A DNA stretch of 62,200 bases, filler included, from Squatina squatina (lineage: Eukaryota): the NCBI GenBank assembly GCA_031763465.1. It is 4 parts of 4 records of this genome, joined end to end, with 100 filler letters (N's around TTAATTAATTAA, not from the genome) between each part and the next. Parts side by side here need not be neighbours in the genome. Positions count along the whole stretch, not along the records: positions 1 to 15,671 come from JARFOE010000230.1; 3 more parts are not named here. One strand, 5' to 3'. Position numbers and translations under genes: made by a program. The notes under the pieces are model-generated. The model was not told the DNA's origin and ran no database searches. It worked only from the letters and a program-made list of their open reading frames with translations. Below are positions 1 through 10,771 of the stretch, in pieces (within the stretch, counting starts at the first letter, position 1; the number at the start of each line of letters is the position of its first letter).

Positions 1-609
1 TCCTAGTTTTGAGTTGGGGATAAATAATGCAATCTTTTTGCTCCCAACATTTGAGATTTGTACTGTATTAAGTGTATCTTCAGCTGGCGCTAGGTCTGAG
101 TTTTTATAGAAAAAAACCTTCTTTATTGTGTTGGTAAAACTTGAGGCTTTCATTAAAGATGGTTGCCAAATGAAGAGGAAGGATGGTGGAGAGCTATGTG
201 CCATTCAATAATATTAGTGCGGTGAATTGTGATACAATGGAAGCTAAACCTCGGGCTGAGACCTTTCAACATAACTGCAAACAGACATGGAAATAATTGT
301 GAGAAGAGAGTTAAGAAAAAAAGATAGTATCTGAGAGTGAGGAAATATCTTCATGGAATACTACAGGCCACTATTTTCTGATTTGAGTCAGAAAACCCTG
401 TGACACTGTGCTGGGTCTATGGAACATGTTGCTGCCTTTGTAAAAATTTACTCTCTTCCATAGTATTTTAGTTTGTCTCTCCCCATTACCCCTTGAAATT
501 CTAATATTTATGTGAAGTTGGGAGTGATGGCTCTATAGTAATACCCACAGGAGATAAAACCAGTGGCGGTGACTCAGAACACTTCCACCACCCGACTGAT
601 GAGACCAGT

Positions 610-2022
610 ATGAGTCAGAATTCATCTCCTGACACCACTGCACTAAGCCTACAGAGCTTATTGAAAAAATCAAGGGAGTATCGAGATAGGCAGAGACAAC
701 TAAAGCTGCTGAAAAACTTACAGTTCAAAGTGCAAGGAGAAAACCTTTCTGACAAGGAAAATGATTTGGATGCAACTAAAGATAGCAAAAACACCAGGGG
801 GAAAAGAAATGATTCAGGAAAAACCAAGGTGCCTAACACATTGCTGAACCCTGATCCAGCTCTGCCTTTTGGTTTCTCACCATGTTCCCATACTTTTTCT
901 GAACGCAACCAAACTTTCATAGCCAGCGATGTGAACATAGAAAAAACAAATGAAGTGCTACGCAAGTGTCAAATCTTGCCTAAAGAGAATAAAGATACCA
1001 GAATAGATGAAGTGGATCCAAAGAATATCTTCAAGTTCTCAAAGCCATTTAAAGTGATGAATAAATGTTACTGCTCCAAGAGAAGCCCAGTGCATTCAAA
1101 CTCTGGGGGACAAGTATCCCAATGTCAGGAGCAAGGTAACAATGTGAACAGGTCTGCAAATAGTCAAAATAGAGGCTTCATGGTACCCACCTTAGCACCA
1201 AGCAAAAGTCCAGTATTTTCAAAAAAGTGGACCTGTCCATCACAAAAGCTGCTAGTAAATGCTCCAATCAGTGTAGGTAGTGAAATGATTGAACAACAAG
1301 AGAAGGAAAGTAGTTCAGACACACCAGAAGACCAACCAAAAATCAACCGTGCTCAAACACAATACATTACTGAACTAGAGGGGAACTCGGTCAATCTGAA
1401 AGCTCTGATAACAGGTTTGCAAACTACATTAGCCTCATCCTGTGAAGTAACAATAAATGAGCAGTTGTCGAATAGTGAAGCAACTCCACTGGAGAGAAAC
1501 AGTGACTCTTTGAGCACCAAGTGCACGCAGGAAGATAATGAAACTGTTGACATTACAGTAGCTGACTTACATTGGAATAAAGGATATGATGATCTAAGGT
1601 TTCTATCATGTGAAAATTCTATCCCACAGACTGTTAGTGGTGCTCCTGCTGCATTTCATGCCAGTAAATTACAGTCCCTTGTGACACAAAAGATGCAGTG
1701 CCCCAGCCAACAGATATTTGTACAGAATGCTCCCATAACATCAACAAATCTGAAGTCCACCTTTCATATGACTGCAGACAGAATTGCACAAAACCAAACT
1801 ATTAACAAGTCCTATGATGTGGAATTCCCATCTGCACTTTGGACGCAGGATTTTAAGTTGAAGCAGGAGATGGATAATTCAAAAATCTCAGCCACTCCAG
1901 AACTTGGACTGAATCTGTTGGACCACAGAGTGAGAAGAAAATTAATAATGAATACTGCCAGTGGTGGACAGGAACAGCAGCCTGTTGCTCTGACTGGTTC
2001 CTCCAGGATATCTTTTCAATGA
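610..2022 (+). CDS. Large exon of a CP110 (centriolar coiled-coil protein 110)-like gene; boundaries uncertain
   Basis: 470-aa ORF with CP110-type motifs in the expected order: LSLQSLLKKSREY, ENLSDKEND, INKSYDVEFPS and a RVRRKL motif resembling the CP110 RxL. Strong donor G|GTAAGT at ~2069 lies past the in-frame stop at 2022. Confidence 0.6.
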   Translation: MSQNSSPDTTALSLQSLLKKSREYRDRQRQLKLLKNLQFKVQGENLSDKENDLDATKDSKNTRGKRNDSGKTKVPNTLLNPDPALPFGFSPCSHTFSERNQTFIASDVNIEKTNEVLRKCQILPKENKDTRIDEVDPKNIFKFSKPFKVMNKCYCSKRSPVHSNSGGQVSQCQEQGNNVNRSANSQNRGFMVPTLAPSKSPVFSKKWTCPSQKLLVNAPISVGSEMIEQQEKESSSDTPEDQPKINRAQTQYITELEGNSVNLKALITGLQTTLASSCEVTINEQLSNSEATPLERNSDSLSTKCTQEDNETVDITVADLHWNKGYDDLRFLSCENSIPQTVSGAPAAFHASKLQSLVTQKMQCPSQQIFVQNAPITSTNLKSTFHMTADRIAQNQTINKSYDVEFPSALWTQDFKLKQEMDNSKISATPELGLNLLDHRVRRKLIMNTASGGQEQQPVALTGSSRISFQ

Positions 2023-4128
2023 CATAACTCGAGTCTGGATTAAGGAACTAAAAGAACTTCAGTCACTTGGTAAGTAGGAGGCATATAACCTACTCGTGTT
2101 GAAGCAATTATGGTATTCTTACATAAATCATGCATGATCTTATATTCCATTTTCTCTGGGATATAAGTGTTCTTTTTCTCAGATATTTTGGGTAAATATT
2201 GTATTTTTAATATATAATCAGGCTGTTATTATTTATAAATCATCATAATTCCCAAGTGTAACTAAATGATTTTCAACAACTTCAGTTGTAGAAGTGCATA
2301 CATCAATGTTTATTTAATCTACAGAGAACTACTTGCATTGACTTTAGGTGAGGACAGGATCAAGCTTGGTCGAGATATTCCATTTATCACCTCCGCTCCC
2401 ATTTTGGGTAAATTCTGCAGTCCTACATTCCCAGAAGGGAGCCACACATGAAGAGAGTACAGTTCAGAGATAGGGCTACAACACCGCAGCCTGATTCTCC
2501 AACCCGTGTCCCCTTTGAGTGAAGTTCTCCACTGGGAGCTCAAGCTTGGTAAATATACTCTTGTGTCCAGTAATAATGTCAGGTGTGCTGGACTGTTTTC
2601 AGGTGGGGTGTACTGTTACAAGTTGACTTTAGGAAGATCTTAAACTAATTATAGTCAAAAGCCAGTATGATCATACATATTAATGCAGTCGTAATTGTAG
2701 AAGGAATGGCCCAGAGGGGAGTCTGAAAAGCTGCGTGATGAGATATTGAAAACAGGTGACCTAAGGAAGAAAGTTCAAACTAATGCTTCCATGGGCACTA
2801 TAGGTAGTAGCTTCTAAGCATGCCTTTCGGCACTCAGTCTCACCCTTCATATCATCTCTTCCACCCACAGCCACTTCCTTGACCTTGCCATCTCCTGTGG
2901 CACCTCTGCTTCTAAGGTCTTGCTCACTGATACATTTATCTCTGATCTCTTCCTGTTACATATTTAAACCTTTGTAATTCTCAGTACAGTATAATGAAAA
3001 AAAGAACAGTGCTGTAAATCATTTGCCTTTGTTACTTGCTCTTTCTAACAGTAAATTTATAAATATGGCTGGTTTAATAAACATGACCTGTAGAANNNNN
3101 NNNNNNNNNNNNNNNNNNNNNNNNNNNNNNNNNNNNNNNNNNNNNNNNNNNNNNNNNNNNNNNNNNNNNNNNNNNNNNNNNNNNNNNNNNNNNNNATTCC
3201 TGCAAACCAATGATATTTTAAATCTGTTCTAGTCATCAAGCCATGTCCCTTTTTATTTTAAAGCTTATCAAAGTACAAATTAACTGAAATATGAGGTTAA
3301 GCGAATTATTTTTTTATTCAGAGGGTTGTGAGGATATGGAATGCCCTACCAGAAACAATGTTCAAAGAAGAATACCTAATAAGCTTTTAAAGGCAAGTGG
3401 ATAAAAAAGTTAACAAAAACATTAAAAGTGTATGGGGAAAGGACAAAGAATGGACTAAGAACCGACAAACCAGTCCAAGCTCATTAGTCCACACAAGGTT
3501 TGAAATATGGAAGGCATTTATAGGGAGGCCACAGTCACTAATTCTGCTTGATCCCCAAATCTGCAACATTTTAAGACAGAAAAAAATAGCTCTCTCCAGG
3601 GCTTCCAAGGTAACTGGAGACAGTCAAAGCTTGTAACAGATAACCGTTGTTCAGCATATTTTCCAGTTTTAGCCTCCTTGCGCTCTCCGTATTGAACATC
3701 ATCTACATCTTACCAGCAATGTGCAGGATGTACCACAATACCCTTCATACTCCTTTCCTACTCTGAAAATATTCCTTTTTTTCATAGCTGAACATGTAGG
3801 GAAGCTGTGGAACGTTTAGATGGTAGGTTTTTCATTGCCAGCACCTGTTCTCATCGATGTAGGTGTGTTTGCGGTGGGCTGATGTTGCCTTTCACATATT
3901 AACAATTTAACCTGCCCCCGACCCTCTCCCGCCCATCGTGGCGGGGTTGATCACACTCCTGTTTGTGGGACTTTGCTGTGTGCAAATGACCTTGTATGTC
4001 ACTTGCCTACACAGCAGTGACTATACTTCAGAAGTAATTAATTGACTGTGAAGAGCTTTGGGTTCTCCTGAGCTATACAAATGCAAGTTGGCTCTTTCTT
4101 TATGGATTGATACCTGTTTGTTTTGCAG

Positions 4129-4905
4129 GTTGTTGAAATCACAGGAACAAGAAACGTTAATGATGTTTTGAATCGTCTGTTGGATCTGACTGAACAAATG
4201 TTTGTGGAAAACACTGGAAATAGAAAATGTGGAAATGTCTTTGTATCAACAGTCATCAGCTTCTGCTATTTTTGGAATCTTTATATCACAAACGAGAAAA
4301 CAGACAATTATTTTGGAGCTTCCGTATCGTGTAAAGGAAGGCAGCAGAAAGAAATTATGATTGATATATTGTGCTGTGAAACATGGCACAAGACCATTAG
4401 CCTGGCAGCATGTATTGGCAACTGGTATAAAAACCAAGCTCTTTGGTTCCCTGCTGAAGTGCACTCCATGGCTTATAAAATAATTTTCAATGGGGAAAGC
4501 TCTCCCGATCCAGACACTACACCAGACAATCAGCATCCTCTCACTGTAGCTGGATCAGCAGGTGCCCAGAGGCCCAATTCTTTGGAAAATAGTACAACTC
4601 TGAGGCAACGCGCAAGCTTAATTCTCAGAGGGCCTTGTGAGCGATGCCTCGACATGTTCCCAAACATAATTTATTATCCAACGCCAAGAGGCGATCAACA
4701 TGCATTTTGGGAATATGGGAACTGTGCTGAGTGCGAATCTCTAAGCCAGTTTCTGTACGCTGACCCACAAATTGACCAGAGAAAACCATTTGCAATGTCT
4801 CCAACAGAGCTGCTTAATTTAAAACAAATGCGACTTAATAACAATCTCAGATCATTAGGGTTTGATGTGAAACATGGACCTTCATATTATGATCCGTCTG
4901 AGTGA
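4129..4905 (+). CDS. Terminal exon of Zn-deaminase-like gene, copy A (PCxxC ... GNCAE)
   Basis: Acceptor ttttgcag|GTT at 4129. Encodes VVEITG...NYFGASVSC...VHSMAY...GPCERC (PCERC 4633-4647)...FWEYGNCAECESLS (GNCAE 4717-4731). Clearly paralogous to 6882-7619. Confidence 0.75.
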   Translation, partial: VVEITGTRNVNDVLNRLLDLTEQMFVENTGNRKCGNVFVSTVISFCYFWNLYITNEKTDNYFGASVSCKGRQQKEIMIDILCCETWHKTISLAACIGNWYKNQALWFPAEVHSMAYKIIFNGESSPDPDTTPDNQHPLTVAGSAGAQRPNSLENSTTLRQRASLILRGPCERCLDMFPNIIYYPTPRGDQHAFWEYGNCAECESLSQFLYADPQIDQRKPFAMSPTELLNLKQMRLNNNLRSLGFDVKHGPSYYDPSE

Positions 4906-6060
4906 TTCCAACACTGAAAGCACACAGTGTCATATATTTGATGATCTAATAATCCAGATGCATGTGTGTACCTGTGGAGTCTCACTCTTTGTACTATAAG
5001 ATACAATTTAATGGATAGAAAATTCTGGCCAGCACAGTTCCCTAATTTGTTCTTCCTGTGAGTGCTTGTTCACACAGGGACTGGACCTATCTGAGGTAAT
5101 TTTAAAAAAATGCCCCCTTGTTCTTGTAATTCAATCAATTGCTCTATGATCAATTGCAGTAGTGAAACTGGCCTTTTCAGTTTTAAATAGCCCCTCATGC
5201 CAATAGCAATACGGAATGCCCAGGCACTCCTTGCACCCAGCATTGCTAAGATGCAAATGGCAGGAAATATGTTGTATAACCTATTTCCCTCATTTGCTTG
5301 CCATCATAATATACCCACCATAAATGTAAAATTAATCCTGAACGGTGGGAAAAGGAGTGGGAGATGGCATTTAATCCTCATTTAGTGTTTTTACACTGTA
5401 TGGTAGAAGAAATTCTAGGCCCAACTTTCTAGAATTCCAGGTTTCTCAAATGAAACTAAAATGCTTAACAGCAGCATTTTGGTGTGAATGATGTCCCACT
5501 GAATCTGGGACCAATATGAACTAAAATCACTGTCACCTTCCTCGTTGAATTCCAGATCGCTGCTCCATTATTAAGAAGAATGGAAAGCAGAAAAACTGTG
5601 CCTCTATAAGTCAAATNNNNNNNNNNNNNNNNNNNNNNNNNNNNNNNNNNNNNNNNNNNNNNNNNNNNNNNNNNNNNNNNNNNNNNNNNNNNNNNNNNNN
5701 NNNNNNNNNNNNNNNNAACATTATCAGTTAATTAACTCTTACAGAACCTTGACTTAATTGTTTTTTTTTCGAGTGCCGTGGGCTGAAACTGCTGTAGAGT
5801 TGCTGACAAAGAAATTCTCAGCTTGATGTATAAAACATGTAAGTTTTCCAGAAATTTTTAACTGTGTTTAAGTGTTTATTTTAGTTGCGAAAAGTCACTG
5901 CTACAGTAATAAGGGTAGTCTTTAGGGCAGTAATAGCTTTATTACCGTAATATTAATATTTGTTAGCTTGTGAGCTGCAAACTGTAAATAATGGCTGGCT
6001 AAGGGAACATGAAAATCTTCAAACCAATTGGCGCTTTTAAGATTAACAATCGCAAATCAC

Positions 6061-6726
6061 TTATATATTAAGCCAACCAGCATTAAGCTGTATTCTGTAG
6101 CTCAGATGGTCTGGTAAATAAAGGTCATTTTCCAAATGAAACTTGAATAATTTGAGGTTATGTACAAGACTTTGTTTTCTTTTAAGGATAAGAAATTTCC
6201 AGGTGAATCTCTCCCCTGGAGGAACAGGAAATCTCATGGAAATGTCCTCATGGGCATTCAGAAGCCTGCTTAAAAGTTCTACCTCAGCACAGTTGCCGTA
6301 TTGCCAGAATTGATGGTTATTGTTTTCTTTTTGTAGATTATTTTCTACGTCTGGGAACTTCCTGTAAAGTGGTATGAGAGAATAGTGTTGATGGTTACCA
6401 TTGACTGTGGGCACTCCTCTCTGCGTGTTTGAACTATCCTTCATTTGGTAAGCAATGGAATGCACCTCCAGGCGGAACTCAATAGCCTGTCCATGACATT
6501 CTAAAGCCATACATACTGCCAAGCTAACATCTTCATTCCATGTTTGGCAGCACAATATGTCTATCATAATTTCTTTCTGATGTTTTCCAAAACATGAAAC
6601 TGAGGCACCAAAATAATTGTTGGTCTTTGTGCCTCGGTCCAAGTCCTGGAAGAAACAGCAGCTGATAACTGTTGATGCAAAACAAAGGCCATTTCCACAC
6701 CTCCTTCCTTCTTCAGTGTTTTGTTC
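6061..6726 (-). pseudogene. Tandem duplicate (copy C) of the deaminase-like terminal exon, lacking both CxxC cysteines; 5' part lost in gap; inactive paralog or pseudogene
   Basis: Highly similar to 6882-7540 including the 3' flank. PPCGKCLVLFSD is replaced by PLYRKFPD (Cys->Tyr plus a 12-nt in-frame deletion). GNCAE is retained; the C-terminal tail is in a shifted frame. Confidence 0.6.
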
Positions 6727-6881
6727 NNNNNNNNNNNNNNNNNNNNNNNNNNNNNNNNNNNNNNNNNNNNNNNNNNNNNNNNNNNNNNNNNNNNNNNNNN
6801 NNNNNNNNNNNNNNNNNNNNNNNNNNAACCAATTGGGAATTTTCAAGATTACAAATCACTTGTACATTAGACCAACCAGTA

Positions 6882-7619
6882 TTAAGCTGTACTCTGTACC
6901 TCAGAAGGGCTGTAAAATAAAATATCTTTTCCCAATTGAAACTTGAATAATTTTAGGTTATGTATAAGTCGTCTTTTTCTTTTAAGCATAAGAGATTTCC
7001 AGGTGAATCTCTCCCCTGGAGGAACAGATAATCTCATGCAAATGTCCTCATGGGCATTCAGAAGCCTGCTTAATGATTCTACCTCAGCACAGTTGCCGTA
7101 TTGCCAAAATCGATGGTCATTGTTTCTTTGTTGTGGATCATTTTCTATGTCTGAGAACAGGACTAGGCACTTGCCACAGGGTGGTATGGGAGAATGTTGA
7201 TGGTTACCATTGACTGTGGGCACTCCTCTCTCTGCTTTAGAGTTACCCTTTATTGAGTAAGCAATAGAATGCACTTCAGGGTGGAGCTCAATTGCCTGTC
7301 GATTATATTCTAAAAGCATAGCCGCACATACTGCCAAGCTAACATCTTCATTCCATGTTTGGCAGCACAATATGTCCATCATGGTTTCTTTCCGATATTT
7401 TCCAAAACATGAAACTGAGGCACCAAAATAATTGTTGGTCTTTGTGCCGTGGTCCAAGTCCAGGAAGAAACAGCAGCTGATAACTGTTGATACAAAACAA
7501 AGGTCATTTCCACACCTCCTGCCTTCTTCAGTGTTTTGTTCCACAATCATTTCTTTATTAAGTTTTGACAGAAGATGTAAAATTCTTTTAATGTTGTTTG
7601 ATCCTGTGCAGTCAACCAC
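6882..7619 (-). CDS. Deaminase-like gene copy B, coding exon 3 (catalytic-like domain)
   Basis: Acceptor tcttttctcag|GTG at 7619, the same position as in copy A. Encodes VVDCTG...NYFGASVSC...VHSIAY...PPCGKC...FWQYGNCAEVESLSRLL...stop. Confidence 0.8.
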   Translation of the reverse strand: MVDCTGSNNIKRILHLLSKLNKEMIVEQNTEEGRRCGNDLCFVSTVISCCFFLDLDHGTKTNNYFGASVSCFGKYRKETMMDILCCQTWNEDVSLAVCAAMLLEYNRQAIELHPEVHSIAYSIKGNSKAERGVPTVNGNHQHSPIPPCGKCLVLFSDIENDPQQRNNDHRFWQYGNCAEVESLSRLLNAHEDICMRLSVPPGERFTWKSLMLKRKRRLIHNLKLFKFQLGKDILFYSPSEVQSTA

Positions 7620-9906
7620 CTGAGAAAAGAGGATAGAATTCTTAGTTTGCAAGAGTCTGGAAATGTCTGTTCCCAATATTAGTGGACGAACACTTAACAC
7701 GTTCATATCACATTCCTTTCTCCACTATTTTAACAGAGGTCTTAACAAGTTTATTTGAAATAGATTAGAACCCCCACTAATCCAGCAGAGAGCGCTCGTA
7801 AGCTAATAATGTAAAGTAATTTCTAGCTAACATTTCCGTAGCTCATCATAAACTTTGTTTGGTGATTAATGAAATAATCTTTTTCTTTGATGATTTTCGT
7901 GCCCATAAAAGTGTGGGATATTAGCAGTGGAATTTCACAGTGTCAGTTTCAAGCACTCCCAGGTAGGTATAGTATGTCAGTTGCAATATGAGCTTCCTCT
8001 ACTCTGCACCACTGATGTGTCTCAGTCCTGTCCTATGAAGAGCTCTCCAGCTCTCTTCACATTTGTGTGACTTTGCCACTTCCCACAGAGGTTGTTCTTG
8101 AGGCCTCCCTTTGGTGCCATTTTGTATTGTGTACTCACATAGTAAGAGTTGGGTTAAAAGCATCCACATTTATTTTCTGCAACATTTATCCAATCAGTCT
8201 GTGCTGGAATTGAACCCACCTCTTAGAGTTAAAAGGCTAGTGGATTAATTCATTGTGTCACTCAGTCACATCATTGACTCTTAATTTTGCATCTCAGTTG
8301 TAAGTTGTATTACAGTAGAAACTAGTTAAATTCATTCTTTAAATCTCAGTTTACTTATCATGAGATTACTAAACACCTTACTATCTTTAACAGGAAATGC
8401 TGGAAATATATAGCAAGTCCTTCAACAAAAACAGTAACATGCATTTAAATAGAGCTTTTACCATAAAATAAAAAATCCCAAAGCACTTCACAAGCAGCAA
8501 TAGAGGAATGGTGCTGAACCATGGCGGTAGAGATTAGGAGGGGTGACTGGAGGACGGAGAGAGAAACAGAGGTTTAGGGAGAGTGTTACAGATAGTAGGG
8601 GTGTTCGAATGGTGGGGTGAATGGAGACGAGATGCACAAATGACCAGAGTCAGGCGGACCAAAAGTTGTGGGAGGCGATGTAAAAACATAGAAACATAGA
8701 AAATAGGTGCAGAAGTAGGCCATTCGGCCCTTCGAGCCTGCACCGCCATTCAACACGATCATGGCTGATCTTTCAACTCAGTACCCNNNNNNNNNNNNNN
8801 NNNNNNNNNNNNNNNNNNNNNNNNNNNNNNNNNNNNNNNNNNNNNNNNNNNNNNNNNNNNNNNNNNNNNNNNNNNNNNNNNNNNNNNNNNNNNNNNNNNN
8901 NNNNNNNNNNNNNNNNNNNNNNNNNNNNNNNNNNNNNNNNNNNNNNNNNNNNNNNNNNNNNNNNNNNNNNNNNNNNNNNNNNNNNNNNNNNNNNNNNNNN
9001 NNNNNNNNNNNNNNNNNNNNNNNNNNNNNNNNNNNNNNNNNNNNNNNNNNNNNNNNNNNNNNNNNNNNNNNNNNNNNNNNNNNNNNNNNNNNNNNNNNNN
9101 NNNNNNNNNNNNNNNNNNNNNNNNNNNNNNNNNNNNNNNNNNNNNNNNNNNNNNNNNNNNNNNNNNNNNNNNNNNNNNNNNNNNNNNNNNNNNNNNNNNN
9201 NNNNNNNNNNNNNNNNNNNNNNNNNNNNNNNNNNNNNNNNNNNNNNNNNNNNNNNNNNNNNNNNNNNNNNNNNNNNNNNNNNNNNNNNNNNNNNNNNNNN
9301 NNNNNNNNNNNNNNNNNNNNNNNNNNNNNNNNNNNNNNNNNNNNNNNNNNNNNNNNNNNNNNNNNNNNNNNNNNNNNNNNNNNNNNNNNNNNNNNNNNNN
9401 NNNNNNNNNNNNNNNNNNNNNNNNNNNNNNNNNNNNNNNNNNNNNNNNNNNNNNNNNNNNNNNNNNNNNNNNNNNNNNNNNNNNNNNNNNNNNNNNNNNN
9501 NNNNNNNNNNNNNNNNNNNNNNNNNNNNNNNNNNNNNNNNNNNNNNNNNNNNNNNNNNNNNNNNNNNNNNNNNNNNNNNNNNNNNNNNNNNNNNNNNNNN
9601 NNNNNNNNNNNNNNNNNNNNNNNNNNNNNNNNNNNNNNNNNNNNNNNNNNNNNATTAATGTCTGAGTTACTGGTGTAGATCTGCTCGTCTGAACCAAGGA
9701 CTGGTCACTGTTCAGTCGGAAAAGTAATATGAAGAAAATACTTCACCCATTTACTATGTCCTCCTATCTAATCAAACTGTGCTAAGAATTTTTACAATGT
9801 TTATTTAAATTTGCCATAAAGCTATGAAATAATGGGACCAGTAAAATGATCAGAATCTGTAATTGTACTGTGACACATTGCACAGATTGATGCCACTTGT
9901 ACTCAC

Positions 9907-10074
9907 TATTTCAAGTAGAATTGTGTAAGGCGGTCGAGTTGGAAGATGTGTTTTGTACTGTTCAAAGACATCTGGAAGCTTGCGAGACCAAGATTCCATC
10001 GATTGTTCCAATATGTCTTGTGGTTCAAAAGAAGGCTGGTTAATATGACATAAGAATAGAATCGTGTGCAGTAT
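9907..10074 (-). CDS. Deaminase-like gene copy B, predicted coding exon 2
   Basis: ttgcag|ATA ... ATA|gtgagt; 168 nt, phase 0-0; ILHTILFLCHINQPSFEPQD...HLPTRPPYTILLEI. Joins exon 3 in frame across the 8787-9653 gap. Confidence 0.65.
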
Positions 10075-10615
10075 CTGCAAAATTAAGAATGACACATTTC
10101 AGTGAGTACAAGCAACTCTCTGGGTTTTGTTATAAGTTAAGATGAAGTTTGAGCACAGAACTGTATTTTAGTTCCACAGTAAGGGAATGATGTTGGGTGA
10201 AATTGTATTAAGAAACTATATTGTCTAACTCAAATGTTAAAAATGCAATAACGTCTCCACATTTCATAGAAACAGAAGTTTCATGGAAATACTACGGCAA
10301 ATTTTCTAAGCATTTATAGGAAACTAAAAATACATTAACGCTTAAATTATATGGTTTAAAATTGGAATTCTGTCCAACTAAAATCACATTGAAATCAACA
10401 AATATATCCATATCAGATCCATTTTTTTGGTTGAAATTCCACCAAGTTTTTGATAAGTGTTAATTTGGGAAAAGTACTGAAAACAACTTTCAAAATAACT
10501 TTCGAAATGCTGCTTTATTGATGATTAGTAGCATGTCGGTCACTAGTGCTAATTAACACAGGAGCTTTATCCTTCTAAACTTCACTACTGTGACTATTAA
10601 ACAAAGAAACAAAAC

Positions 10616-10771
10616 CTCTTTCAAGTATTGTTTCGCTCTGTCTCCAGACAGCTTCCCGTTCTGAACAGCAATCTGAATGTATTTCACAGCTATTTTTAAA
10701 AACTGGCTTGCACTTTTCATAGAAATCTGCGTCTGTGTGTAGTTTTTTTCCATAAAGCTATTGCGTTCCAT
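10616..10771 (-). CDS. Deaminase-like gene copy B, predicted first coding exon
   Basis: Acceptor tctctttcactag|G just before the ATG at 10771; MERNSFMEKN...AKQYLKE|gttttg; 156 nt, phase 0, in frame with exon 2. Confidence 0.55.

Noticed and set aside
3720-3865. Possible exon-2 homolog for deaminase copy A (...SLPAPVLIDV followed by gt)
   Set aside because: Similarity is weak, there are in-frame stops and no convincing acceptor.
8759-9697. Long ORFs in the track spanning N-runs (also 33973-34555, 53607-54128 and many 100-N ORFs)
   Set aside because: Made of X residues from gaps; artefacts.
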